Source: Armatimonadota bacterium (lineage in GTDB: Bacteria > Armatimonadota > SYMT01). Taken from it: a stretch of DNA of 64,000 nucleotides. The position numbers and the translations under genes are program-made. The stretch is from the NCBI GenBank assembly GCA_041690135.1, contig JAWLHY010000021.1, forward strand, positions 21,970 to 85,969, written 5' to 3'. The notes under the pieces were generated by a model, which did not search any database, was not told the DNA's origin, and worked only from the letters and a program-made list of their open reading frames with translations. Shown one piece after another: positions 19,102 through 28,904 of this stretch. The number at the start of each line of letters is the position of its first letter. Within the stretch, counting starts at the first letter, position 1.

Positions 19102-21087
19102 ATGATACAACCCCGTCTTCTTACCTTTGCACTTCTGGGAGTGGCGGCCTTTCTGCCATTGCTCCCGGCGCGCGGACAGTTCCTGCCGCAGCGCTACTCC
19201 CTGACCGATCTCGAGCGGGCCGAGATCACTTCCGGCCGCGAGCGCCTCCAGGATGCCCTGGACGCGCTGCGAGAACAGTCCCGCAAAACCGGCAAGCCAA
19301 CCGCCGACCAGATCCCGGACGTCGAGATCTATTACCAGGCGGTGGACCGCAACCTCAGGCAGAACCTCTTCTTCACGAAGAAGTCCGTCGAGCACGCGCG
19401 GTACTGCATCGATGAAGGCGAGTCCCGAGCCCGGGCACTCCAGGAGGGACGGGCGCCCTGGGAACAAAAGACCGGACTGGTCGCGCGCGGGTTCCGCTCC
19501 AAAGTCGACGGCTCCGCGCAGCCTTACCTGATCTGGGTGCCCGCGAAGTATGCCTTCGACAGGCCCCAGAAGGGCCGCCTGGACGTACAGCTCCACGGGC
19601 GTGCCGGCGTCATGAACGAAATCGCGTTCCTGGCGAACGCGGGCCCCGGCGCGAAGCACGAGGACCTGCCGTTCCTGGTGCTGCAGCCCTACGGCCGCTC
19701 TAACAACGGCTACCACTTCGCCGGAGAGACGGACGTGTTCGAGGCGCTCGCTTCCGTCCGCGAGCGGTTCGCCGTGGATGGCGACCGGATCATCATCCGC
19801 GGCTTCTCCATGGGCGGTCACGGCACCTGGCACCTCGGTTTGCAGCACCCCGGAATGTGGGCCGCCATGGCGCCGGGGGCCGGCTTTGTGGAGACCCGCC
19901 GGTACCAGAAGATCACGGAGCCGTTCCCGTCCTGGGAGATGTCCCTGCTGCACGTTTACGATGCGGTGGATTACGCCGCCAACGGCGTCAACCTGCCTGT
20001 AAGCGCCTACGTGGGCGACCAGGACCCCGCCATTGGGCAACACCAGTTGATGGTCGAAGCCCTGAAGCGCGAGCAGGTGCCTTTCAAAGAATTCATCGGT
20101 CCGAACACGCAGCACCGGTATCACCCGGAGTCCCTGCGGCAGATCATGAAGGACCTGGAAACGCCGGTCCGCCGCTGGGACGCGGATCGCGTCGACTTCA
20201 TGACCTACACCTTGCGGTTCCCCCAGTGTAAGTGGGTACGGATCGAAGGCTTGCAGCGCCACTGGGATCGCGCCGAAGTCCACGCGCAGAAGCACGCCGG
20301 TTCACCGGAGCGAATCGAGGTCACTACCCGCAACATTTCGTCGCTGCGCCTCACCATGCCGGGTACGCTGCTGAGCCGGCCCGTCACCCTGGGCGGGAAG
20401 GCGCCGGTGGTGTTGACGGTGGATGGAGAGAAGATCGCGGGAGCCACGCTGACCCCGGACCGGCCGTTCTACGTCCACCGTTACAACGGCCGGTGGCGGG
20501 TGGGGGAACCGAAGGGGCTACGCAAGAAACCGGGCCTGCAGGGCCCCATCGACGACGCGCTGTACAGCCCACTGGTCGCGGTGACCCCCACCGGCACCCC
20601 GTGGTCGGCGCCGATGCACCGTTGGCTGGAGCAGGAAGTCCAGCGCTTCCGGGACGGCTGGGACCAGTACTTCCGCGCCACCCTGCCCGAACGGACGGAC
20701 CGCACGCTCTCTGGAGGAGACCTCCGGGAGAAGAACCTCTACCTGTTCGGGGATCCCGGCTCCAACGCGGTGCTCCGGCGCCTGCTGCCGAAGCTCCCCA
20801 TCCGCTGGACGAAGGAGACGATCACGCTGGCCGGACGGACCTTCTCCACGAAGGAGCATCTGCCAATGCTGGTGTTCCCCAACCCGGAGAGCCCCGACCG
20901 GTACGTGGTGATCAACAGCGGCTTCACCTTCAGCCGCGCCGACTGGGACGGGAGCAACTCCCTGCAGTACCCGCACCTGCCGGACTGGGCGGTGATTCAG
21001 TTCGACCCGGAGAAGTTCGCCGACAGCCGTCGCCTCGACACGCGACACGCCGGCTTCTTCGATGAGCGTTGGCAAGTCACTCGATAA
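19102..21087 (+). CDS. Secreted alpha/beta hydrolase (prolyl-oligopeptidase/esterase-like)
   Basis: Signal peptide; S.VDGS.QPY, LHGR, GETDVFE, GFSMGG nucleophile elbow, G.QD and H residues; C-terminal LPDWA..GFFDE.W. Confidence 0.8.
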   Translation: MIQPRLLTFALLGVAAFLPLLPARGQFLPQRYSLTDLERAEITSGRERLQDALDALREQSRKTGKPTADQIPDVEIYYQAVDRNLRQNLFFTKKSVEHARYCIDEGESRARALQEGRAPWEQKTGLVARGFRSKVDGSAQPYLIWVPAKYAFDRPQKGRLDVQLHGRAGVMNEIAFLANAGPGAKHEDLPFLVLQPYGRSNNGYHFAGETDVFEALASVRERFAVDGDRIIIRGFSMGGHGTWHLGLQHPGMWAAMAPGAGFVETRRYQKITEPFPSWEMSLLHVYDAVDYAANGVNLPVSAYVGDQDPAIGQHQLMVEALKREQVPFKEFIGPNTQHRYHPESLRQIMKDLETPVRRWDADRVDFMTYTLRFPQCKWVRIEGLQRHWDRAEVHAQKHAGSPERIEVTTRNISSLRLTMPGTLLSRPVTLGGKAPVVLTVDGEKIAGATLTPDRPFYVHRYNGRWRVGEPKGLRKKPGLQGPIDDALYSPLVAVTPTGTPWSAPMHRWLEQEVQRFRDGWDQYFRATLPERTDRTLSGGDLREKNLYLFGDPGSNAVLRRLLPKLPIRWTKETITLAGRTFSTKEHLPMLVFPNPESPDRYVVINSGFTFSRADWDGSNSLQYPHLPDWAVIQFDPEKFADSRRLDTRHAGFFDERWQVTR

Positions 21088-21090
21088 TGG

Positions 21091-22272
21091 ATGGACACTC
21101 CGGGCCGTGGGTCGGACCCGCGACCCGGAGTGTCCTGCTGGGACACATCAATTCGCAGGAGTATCGCACTGACTGAAGATTCTCCAAGCCTTCATCCGCC
21201 TGGCGCCCGTCCAAGCCCGGAAGTCATCCGGGAGTTTCCGGACCGGGGCACCCTCTGGTTGCTGGAGGATCCCAGCTTCGTCCGGGATCTCCTGTCGTTA
21301 CTCGACTCGGCCCTCCCAGGCCAACTGGACTTTGAGCGCGCGGTCCGGGTCAACCGGAGCTTTATACCGGCGGACCTTCAGAAGCAAGAAAGCGACCTGA
21401 TCTTCCGCGTGCCCTGTTCCGGCGACTTTGCTACGATCACCGGGCCGGAGATCTGGATCTACATCCTCGTCGAGCACCAGTCGTCCCCCGATCGGGAATT
21501 GCTCCTTCGCTTCCTGTTATATATGACCCAACTGTGGGAGACGCAGCGACGAACCTTCGTTGACGCCGGAATTCCCAAGGGGGAGCGTCGCTACCTTCCC
21601 GTGGTGCCGATCCTGTTCTATACGGGTGATGAAAGTTGGACCGTACCGGAGTCGTTGGCACGCCAGATGGAAGCGCCCACCGATCTGGGACGGTTCGTTC
21701 CCGCCTGGGAGACGCTCGTCTTGAATTTGAACGAAGCCTCACCGGATGAACTGGTGCAGTTTTCCAGTGCGATCGGTTGGGTGCTCCGTGTGCTCCAACA
21801 AGAAAGGAGCAGCTTTGCCGAACTTCGTCGGGCCATCAACGAGGCGCTGATTGGCCTGGAGGGACTCCCCAGCCAGAGGCCCGGTCAATGGCTTCGAGCT
21901 GTCTGGTATCTCGTGCTCCTGGCCTTCCACCGGCGCGAGGCTCAAGAGTATAATGAACTCAGCCGGCAGATCCGTGATTGGAGTGGACAGTCAAAGTTCC
22001 AAGACCGCAAGGAGGCTGAACACATGGCGATGACAATGGCACAGGAATGCGAGGCACGCGGCGAGGCACGCGGCGAAGTGCGCGGGCTCTCCAAAGCACT
22101 CATCAGCGTGTTGAGCACACGCTTCGGCACCGTGCCCCCCGAAATTCAGCTAGCGGTCGAACGAGCCAACGGAGAAATGCTGCAACGGTGGATCGTGGCT
22201 GCAGCCTCGGCATCCACTCTGGATGGCGTCGGGATTCAACCAACGAGCTCCAGTAGCCGACAACCCGACTAG
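21091..22272 (+). CDS. Rpn family recombination-promoting nuclease / YhgA-like putative transposase
   Basis: LDF......SFI..DL...ESDLIF.V...IYIL.EHQS.PD....R.L.YM..LW and P.VPI.FY.G...W; C-terminal RGEARG repeats and L..RFG. Confidence 0.9.
   Translation: MDTPGRGSDPRPGVSCWDTSIRRSIALTEDSPSLHPPGARPSPEVIREFPDRGTLWLLEDPSFVRDLLSLLDSALPGQLDFERAVRVNRSFIPADLQKQESDLIFRVPCSGDFATITGPEIWIYILVEHQSSPDRELLLRFLLYMTQLWETQRRTFVDAGIPKGERRYLPVVPILFYTGDESWTVPESLARQMEAPTDLGRFVPAWETLVLNLNEASPDELVQFSSAIGWVLRVLQQERSSFAELRRAINEALIGLEGLPSQRPGQWLRAVWYLVLLAFHRREAQEYNELSRQIRDWSGQSKFQDRKEAEHMAMTMAQECEARGEARGEVRGLSKALISVLSTRFGTVPPEIQLAVERANGEMLQRWIVAAASASTLDGVGIQPTSSSSRQPD
21093..21135. terminator. GC-rich hairpin after the hydrolase gene
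   Basis: ggacactccggg..cccggagtgtcc inverted repeat; no strong U tract. Confidence 0.45.
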
Positions 22273-23174
22273 CCCTTTGCGGCCTTCAGGCTGGCAAGGC
22301 CTATTCCCGCGGCGATCAGCGCCGCACCGGCCAGGTGATGGGCCTGCAGCCTCTCCCCCAGGAAGATTGCGGCCAGGATGCTGCCGAAGAGCGGCATCAG
22401 GTGCAGGAATTGCCCTGCCCGGTTGGCTCCGGCAAGCTCCACCGCGCGGTTGAAGCAGAGGTAGGAGAGCAACGAGGGGAATATAGCCACGTAGGCGATG
22501 GCGGCCATTACCACCGGCTCCGGGTGGAGCGGCCGGATGGCAAGGTGCTCCCACAGGTAAAGGGGTGAGAGCATCGCACCGCCGAGGGCAAAACTGGCCG
22601 CCAGAAAGCTAAGCGGATGGACCTGTGGCCGGCGACGCAGCAGCACCGAGTAGACCGCATAGGAACAAACCGCGAGAAAGATCAACAGGTCGCCCGGGCT
22701 CAGCGCCAGAGCGGACAGCGTCTCCCACGAGCCCTGTGAGACGATGATTGCCACGCCCCCTAGAGACACGCCAACCGCAGCCAGTTGCAACCAACGCACC
22801 CGCTCCCGGTAGATCAGGAAGGAAACCCCCAGGATCAACACCGGCATCGTCGACTGCATCAGCACTCCGTTGGTCACGGTCGTGGTGCGCAGCCCGAAGT
22901 AGACCAGCGTGTTGAACGTGGCGACTCCAAGTGCCGATAGGAGCACCATCTCCCAACGGCTTTTCCAGAGAGCCTCCCGGTCGCGCAGGAGATGTGGCCA
23001 GGCGAAGCCGAGCACCAGGAGCAGCGCTCCGGTCCATCGCCAGAATGCCAGGGCGACCGGCGGCACGAGCGCATGGACCGCACGGCCCACGACGAAGTTG
23101 CCCGACCAGAAGAGCGTGGTGAAGACGAGGAGCAGGGCAGGAGACGCCCACAGGCGAGTAAATGCAGCAGCCAA
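22269..23174 (-). CDS. DMT/EamA family transporter
   Basis: FWSGNFV.GR, P..LAFWRW, about 10 TM helices in two EamA repeats, GA.RAG.F..L.P.F. Confidence 0.92.
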   Translation of the reverse strand: MAAAFTRLWASPALLLVFTTLFWSGNFVVGRAVHALVPPVALAFWRWTGALLLVLGFAWPHLLRDREALWKSRWEMVLLSALGVATFNTLVYFGLRTTTVTNGVLMQSTMPVLILGVSFLIYRERVRWLQLAAVGVSLGGVAIIVSQGSWETLSALALSPGDLLIFLAVCSYAVYSVLLRRRPQVHPLSFLAASFALGGAMLSPLYLWEHLAIRPLHPEPVVMAAIAYVAIFPSLLSYLCFNRAVELAGANRAGQFLHLMPLFGSILAAIFLGERLQAHHLAGAALIAAGIGLASLKAAKG

Positions 23175-23248
23175 GAGTTACTTCCTGGGAAGGCCGTTTG
23201 GGGAAAACGCAAGAGCGATTTTACCACCGGCGGATCCAGGTGTAACTC

Positions 23249-24271
23249 TTACGCGCGGATCATCGCCTTCACCACGCCGGCCTGCGGATCGAAGAGATCG
23301 GAGAAGGAGTCCGGCAGCGTCGCGAGATCCAGGTGGTGGGTCACCCAGGGAGTGGTATCGAGGCGACCCTCTTCCATCAACCGGATCAGGGCCGGAAAGG
23401 CACCCGCGCTGTTCCGGGTGGCGTGAAGGCTGAGCTCGCGCCGGTGGAAGAGGGGATCATCCACGGTGTAGCTCCCAATCGCCAGCCCGACCATCACCAC
23501 GCGCCCGCCAGGACCGGCATACTGGAGACTGGCCCCCATCGCCTCGAGGTTGCCGGTCGCGTCAAAAACGCAATGGGCGAGCTCGGGTCCCGTGATCTCC
23601 GTGACGGCCACCAGGGGATCCACCGTGGCATCGACCGTGTACTCCACGCCCAGTTGGCGGCAGAAGTCCCGGCGCGAGGGGCTTACGTCCACGGCAATCA
23701 CCTGCGCGCCGGCCAGCAGCGCGAACTGGATGACCGCAAGACCAATGGGACCGGCCCCGACGACGACCACCCACTCGCCCGCCTGAACCTCACCTCGCTC
23801 CACCGCGTGGTAGCCGATCCCGAGGGTCTCGATGAGGGCCAACTGCTCCAGCGATAGGGTCCGACTGCCATGCAGGAGGCTCACCGGGACGGACAGCCAC
23901 TCCTGCATGCCGCCGTCGCGGTGGACCCCCATGACCTGGAGACTGGAGCAACAGTTGTAGCGCCCGGCTCGGCAGGGGCGGCAGGATCCGCACGCGAGAT
24001 ATGGCTCGATGGCTACCCGGTCGCCGGTGGAAAGCCCGCGATCGTTGGGACCGATCTCCACGATCTCACCAGCCAGTTCGTGCCCAAGCACTCGCGGGTA
24101 GCTGAAGAACGGCTGCCGGCCCCGATAGGCGTGTAGATCTGTTCCGCACACTCCGATGCGCCGGATCCGCACCAGTGCTTCCCCCTCACCCATGGCAGGG
24201 TTGGGGACTTCGCCGGATTCAAACCTGCCCGGCTCATAGAGTTTGACCTGCAGCATCTGACCATTTCCCAA
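23249..24271 (-). CDS. Zinc-binding alcohol dehydrogenase (sugar-acid dehydrogenase, YjjN/YjmD-like)
   Basis: GVCGTDLH, GHE, C..C..C.......C structural Zn site, GAGPIG, FH.RE....TRN. Confidence 0.9.
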   Translation of the reverse strand: MGNGQMLQVKLYEPGRFESGEVPNPAMGEGEALVRIRRIGVCGTDLHAYRGRQPFFSYPRVLGHELAGEIVEIGPNDRGLSTGDRVAIEPYLACGSCRPCRAGRYNCCSSLQVMGVHRDGGMQEWLSVPVSLLHGSRTLSLEQLALIETLGIGYHAVERGEVQAGEWVVVVGAGPIGLAVIQFALLAGAQVIAVDVSPSRRDFCRQLGVEYTVDATVDPLVAVTEITGPELAHCVFDATGNLEAMGASLQYAGPGGRVVMVGLAIGSYTVDDPLFHRRELSLHATRNSAGAFPALIRLMEEGRLDTTPWVTHHLDLATLPDSFSDLFDPQAGVVKAMIRA

Positions 24272-24398
24272 TCAAAGTGTGAGGCGCCTATAACACGTAA
24301 TGAAATGAACACCCGTCCGGCCAATGCCTGAACGTTTACCACCCGCGGGGTGGCCCAACGTTTACCCCCCACAGGGGGGCCTGAATGCCCAATGCCCC

Positions 24399-25181
24399 TT
24401 AAGGATTGGGTCCCACCCCTCGGGTCAGAAAACCGCCGTCCACGGCGATGATCTCCCCGGTGGTGAAGCTGGCTGCCGGGCTGGCGAGGTAAACGGCTGC
24501 CCCGGCAATCTCTTCCGGATCACCAAACCGGTCCATCGGGGTGTGCTTGATCAGGAACTGGCCGCGCGGGGTCCCCATCAGCAGACTGCGGTTGAGCGGG
24601 GTGGGGAAGACACCGGGAGCGATGCCGTTCACCCGGATGCCGTGCTGCGCCCAATCGTTCGCCAGGGACTTCGTGAGTTGCGCCACCCCGGCTTTGCTGG
24701 CGCCGTAGGCAGTGACTTCCGAGAGCCCGACAAAGCTCGTCAGGCTGGCGATGTTGATGATGCAGCCGCCGCCCTGCGCTTTCATGATGTGCCCGGCCGC
24801 CTGGCAGCAAAGGAACAGCCCCGTCAGGTTGACCCGGATGACGTATTCCCATTCCTCCTGGCTGACTTCCAGCGGGTCCTTCTTCTGGATGGTGCCAGCG
24901 GCGTTCACCAGGATGTCGAGGCGGTCGTGGTCACGCTGGAACGCCTCGAAGGCGGCACGGATGGAGTCAGCCTCGGCCACGTCGAGCTGCAGGCCCCCAT
25001 GCCCCGCGCTGATGGCGCGGAGCTCGTTGACGGTGCCGTCCACCTTGGACCCGTCGCGGGAGCCCACGACCACTGTCGCTCCTGCCTCGGCGAGGCCCAG
25101 GGCGATGGCTCTTCCCAACCCGCTGGTTCCCCCGGTTACCAGCGCGGTCTTTCCCGTCAGATCAAATCCTTTGAACGGCAC
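24399..25181 (-). CDS. SDR oxidoreductase (KduD / gluconate-5-dehydrogenase-like)
   Basis: TGGTSGLG, NAAG, YGASK, VNGIAPG, VDGG. Confidence 0.9.
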   Translation of the reverse strand: MPFKGFDLTGKTALVTGGTSGLGRAIALGLAEAGATVVVGSRDGSKVDGTVNELRAISAGHGGLQLDVAEADSIRAAFEAFQRDHDRLDILVNAAGTIQKKDPLEVSQEEWEYVIRVNLTGLFLCCQAAGHIMKAQGGGCIINIASLTSFVGLSEVTAYGASKAGVAQLTKSLANDWAQHGIRVNGIAPGVFPTPLNRSLLMGTPRGQFLIKHTPMDRFGDPEEIAGAAVYLASPAASFTTGEIIAVDGGFLTRGVGPNP

Positions 25182-25330
25182 GGCTTCTCTCCTCGTAACA
25201 CAATTCTGCGGCGCTTAAGGCCGAGGCAATCCTATCGCAGCCGCAGGCGCCGGAGGAAGATTCGCCTCGCCGACATGCACAGTTCCCCGCCCTTCCTTCA
25301 CCCACGCTCAGGCGATAACATACTCGTGAT

Positions 25331-26407
25331 ATGGACAGGCGCGGGCTTCTTCAATTCGGCATTCATTCGGCGGCGGCGTTCCTGACCGGTATGCCCGGGC
25401 AGGCGCTGCTGGGTCGGGATGAAGCTGCGCGCCTCCGGGCCGACTTCCGGCGGGGTTTCGAGCGACCGCGCGTACCGTTAACCCCGATATCTGCAGGCCG
25501 TAAGTCGGGCCATGGTCTTGAATATGAACGGCTGAGTGTCGCGACCGAAGCCGGCTCCCGCACGCCCCTGATGCTCGTCCGTCCGGAAGGGTCTCTGCGC
25601 CCGCGACCGGTCCTCATTTGCCTGCACGGGATGGGCCGGCGTAAGGAGCGGATGCTGCCCTACCTGGATGCTTATGCCCGGCGGGGCTACCTGGCCCTCG
25701 CGCTCGATGCACGGTATCACGGCGAGCGGGAGGGCGACCTGCACCAAGCGCTCATTGCCGCGTTCCGCACCGGCCGCGAGCACCCGTATGTGTGGGACAC
25801 GGTGTGGGATACCTGGCGGGTGATGGACTATCTGGAGACCCGCCCGGATGCCGACCCCGACCGCATCGGGGTGATGGGCATCTCCCTGGGTGGCCACACC
25901 ACCTGGATGGCGTGCGCCGACCCACGGGTCAAGGCCGCGGCCCCCTGCCTTAGCGTCTGCTCCTGGCGGTGGCAACTGCAGCATCGCGCCTATCAGCAGC
26001 GAGTCCGCAACCTGGCGCGAGCTTTCCAGGGGGTGACCGAGGAAATGCAGGCTTGCCGGATCGACTCCCGGGTGGTAGCGGAGGCCTGGCATCGGTGGAC
26101 TCCCGGCGTGCCGGACCTCTACGACTGCCAGGACCTGCTGACTGCCTTCGCTCCAAACCCGCTCCTCATCATTAATGGGGAGCAAGACCTGGTCGCACCG
26201 GTGGGCGGATTAAAAGTCGCCTTGAAGCCGGTTCAGGCAGCCTATCAGCGCGCCGGCGCTTCCAGCCGGCTGCGCGTCTCCCTGGCGCACAACTCCGGGC
26301 ACGAGATCACGCGGGACCAGCGCGCACTGCTGCTGACCTGGTTCGACCGCTGGCTGGAGCCTGAAAGGGTCGGCTCGAAGCTTTTCGCCTTCCGCTTTCC
26401 TGGGTAA
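25331..26407 (+). CDS. Tat-exported alpha/beta hydrolase
   Basis: DRRGLL twin-arginine signal; LHG, GISLGG, GE.D, SGH. Confidence 0.8.
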   Translation: MDRRGLLQFGIHSAAAFLTGMPGQALLGRDEAARLRADFRRGFERPRVPLTPISAGRKSGHGLEYERLSVATEAGSRTPLMLVRPEGSLRPRPVLICLHGMGRRKERMLPYLDAYARRGYLALALDARYHGEREGDLHQALIAAFRTGREHPYVWDTVWDTWRVMDYLETRPDADPDRIGVMGISLGGHTTWMACADPRVKAAAPCLSVCSWRWQLQHRAYQQRVRNLARAFQGVTEEMQACRIDSRVVAEAWHRWTPGVPDLYDCQDLLTAFAPNPLLIINGEQDLVAPVGGLKVALKPVQAAYQRAGASSRLRVSLAHNSGHEITRDQRALLLTWFDRWLEPERVGSKLFAFRFPG

Positions 26408-26417
26408 GGCAGGCGGG

Positions 26418-27191
26418 ATGAAACCGAAGTCAAAACAGCACCTTGCCCCCACCGTTGCCAGAGGCATTACCCTCGAGCTTGGCGTCGTGGCGGTGATTCC
26501 GGCACTGGCCGGGACCTCCCCGGAACGGCAGTGGCTCCGCACCGAGGTACCGCCGGAACGCCAAGAAGGACGAGTGTATGTGCCGTTGCGCGCAGCCGCC
26601 ACGGCACTGGGCAAACAGGTCAACTGGGATCCCGGGGTCCGGCAAGTAACATTCCCCACCCAGGACGGTGAGGTCGTGCTGGAGATCGGCAGCCGACAGG
26701 CCTTGGTGAATGGCAAGCAGGTGCAACTCGCCACCGCCCCGTATATCCGGAGCGGCCGTACGTTGATCCCGCTCCGCTTCGCCGCCGAGGCGCTGGATGT
26801 TCCCATCCACTACGAGGCCCGCACGGAGAGCGTGTTCCTCGGTCCCGGTTCCGGCGGCACCGTCTGGGTGTTACCGCTGGAGAGTATGAAAGCGGGTATC
26901 GTCATTCGCTCGCCGCAACGTGGAGAGACCGTCACCTCTCCGCTCCGCATCCAGGGTCAGGCCAACGTGTTCGAAGGAACTGTCGTCGCGGAGTTACGCT
27001 CCGGCGGACGGGTCATCGCAGAAGGCGTCGGCACGGGGGCCATGGGGCAGTTCGGGCTTTTCACTATCGAGTTGACCTTCGACCCACCCACCGCACCACG
27101 GGACGCGGAGATTGTCGCCTACTCCCCCAGCGCCAAAGGCGACGGCGCGAGGCTCTCCCTGGTCCGCCTGCCCATCCGCCTCTCCCCCTGA
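26418..27191 (+). CDS. Copper amine oxidase N-terminal (stalk) domain + Gmad2 Ig-like domain protein
   Basis: GRVYVPLR...LG..V.W and A.VNG.......P.I..GRT.IPLRF.AEAL; C-terminal P..G..V.SP..I.G.ANVFEGTV. Confidence 0.8.
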   Translation: MKPKSKQHLAPTVARGITLELGVVAVIPALAGTSPERQWLRTEVPPERQEGRVYVPLRAAATALGKQVNWDPGVRQVTFPTQDGEVVLEIGSRQALVNGKQVQLATAPYIRSGRTLIPLRFAAEALDVPIHYEARTESVFLGPGSGGTVWVLPLESMKAGIVIRSPQRGETVTSPLRIQGQANVFEGTVVAELRSGGRVIAEGVGTGAMGQFGLFTIELTFDPPTAPRDAEIVAYSPSAKGDGARLSLVRLPIRLSP

Positions 27192-27266
27192 CGAGATTTA
27201 CGGGCTGCACTGAACTCTCCCCTAAACCCGGGCACAATAACAGCAAGAGCGGGCGAGGGGTGAGGC

Positions 27267-28859
27267 ATGCAGCTGACGCAGTTACTTCCATGGATCTCTC
27301 TGGGCCTGGGCGCGATCGCGCTGGCTTCATTGTTTGCGCGTGGCGCGCGCGGCGGAGTGCGTCTCCCTCTGGAGGTCCGTCCTCTTTTCCTGGTGGCCAC
27401 GGTGGGGGTGGTGCTGGCGGCCCTGCTCTGCCTGCCCACCCGTGGCGTGTGGTCACCCGGACAGGCGTTGGTTCCCAGCCTGTTCATGGGTGGCGCGGCG
27501 GTTCTTCTGGGTGCGCTGGCCGGGGCGCTCCCCCTTGCGTCCGGGGAGCGTGAAGGGGAGGCCCAGGCGGCGGGCACCGGGACCGCCATAGCCGCACCTG
27601 TAGTAGCCCTGTCCGTGTTGCTGCTGATGTTCCCTCGTGGCAGTTTGGATGCGATGGGCGGGTACGCCCTCGGAGCGCTGACAGCGGGGATTCTCCTGGC
27701 CGGAGGATCGCGGCTGCGGGGAACCGGAGAGGCCGAACGGCAGGTGGCGGCCAGTGCCGAACTGGCCACCCTCGCCGCTTCGGCGCTGGCGGTCGCGACC
27801 ACGCTGGCCATCTACCACCTTAATCCGGCCGGGGCGCGAGAGTGGATGCCGCACCCCGCGCTGTTCGGAGCCGTGCTGGCGGCGGGAATGGCCGTGCAGG
27901 CGCTTGTCCCGTCCGGATTGCCGGGGGGACGATGGATCCCGCTCGGCGTCGTGTTACTTCCCGCGGGATTGATAGCATGGCTGATCGGACATCGGCTCCA
28001 GGGATCGCCGGACTTTACCTGGGCCATCCTGATCGGCGTCGCTGTATTTCTGGTGCTGGGTCTGCTGGAGACGCTCGACTCCGAGCCGTCGGCGACCGGC
28101 GAAGGAGGGCCACCACCCACCGGGATCCGGGTGGACGTGAGCCTGTTGGCAGCGCTCCTGACTCTGGGTGGGGCTGTATTGGCTTTCCGGGAGCTGCATG
28201 GTTACGGGATCGCGCTGGCGGCCGTTGCAGGGGTGGGAGTGACCGGAGCCCTGGAGAGCGGTCGGGGGCGGGGGCTCATGCGCGGCGCGGTGGTGCTGAT
28301 CTTGTTGCTCGCCCTATATCGCGCGTTTCACGAAGCGTACACTTTCCGCATTCGGCTGGAGTTTCTCTACGAACACCTGGGCCTGCTACTCGGTGCGTTC
28401 CTCCCCGCGCTCCTCGCCGTGGCCCCCGGCGCGCGCGGCGAGAGAGAAAGAGTTGCAAACGGCCCCGCCGCCATCTTCCGGGCTGGGCTTGCCGGTCTGG
28501 CGGCCGCGGCCGCCCCGCTGCTGGTCTGGGTCCTCGTGGGGAGCGGCTCCCAGGCGGCCTTCGTGGTGGGATTGGCGATCGGGAGCGGGTTTCTGCTGTC
28601 CCGCGCGGTCGGGGTCACCGGCGCCGCGGGAGCGCCGGACCGAGCGCTGACGGGCATCCTGGCGCTGGGGATGGCATTCAGCGCGCTGCAGTTCACGCTG
28701 CAACTGGAGAACCGGCTGGAGATGCTCACCCGCACGCAGCGGGTCTGGGTGCTGGTAGGAACCGCCGGGCTAGCGGTGCTCGCTGCCGGGCTGCTCGCCT
28801 GGCTCGACCGCCGGGCCGGTGGCTATAAGATTTCCGCGACCGCGGAGCGGTCGGCATAG
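27267..28859 (+). CDS. Polytopic membrane protein of unknown function
   Basis: 530 aa, roughly 14-16 Ala/Gly/Leu-rich hydrophobic segments; directly upstream of the A2M gene. Confidence 0.75.
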   Translation: MQLTQLLPWISLGLGAIALASLFARGARGGVRLPLEVRPLFLVATVGVVLAALLCLPTRGVWSPGQALVPSLFMGGAAVLLGALAGALPLASGEREGEAQAAGTGTAIAAPVVALSVLLLMFPRGSLDAMGGYALGALTAGILLAGGSRLRGTGEAERQVAASAELATLAASALAVATTLAIYHLNPAGAREWMPHPALFGAVLAAGMAVQALVPSGLPGGRWIPLGVVLLPAGLIAWLIGHRLQGSPDFTWAILIGVAVFLVLGLLETLDSEPSATGEGGPPPTGIRVDVSLLAALLTLGGAVLAFRELHGYGIALAAVAGVGVTGALESGRGRGLMRGAVVLILLLALYRAFHEAYTFRIRLEFLYEHLGLLLGAFLPALLAVAPGARGERERVANGPAAIFRAGLAGLAAAAAPLLVWVLVGSGSQAAFVVGLAIGSGFLLSRAVGVTGAAGAPDRALTGILALGMAFSALQFTLQLENRLEMLTRTQRVWVLVGTAGLAVLAAGLLAWLDRRAGGYKISATAERSA

Positions 28860-28904
28860 ACTGAGATGGACATCCGAGTGGGTGGGCCCAGGGGAGGGTG
28901 TGAG

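Noticed and set aside
17546-20295. Long alternative ORFs 17546-19105 (+) and 18694-20295 (-)
   Set aside because: Overlap well-supported genes; Arg/Gly/Pro-rich off-frame composition
21091-22272. Rpn gene as an active IS element
   Set aside because: No terminal inverted repeats or target duplication seen; the family is not known to transpose autonomously
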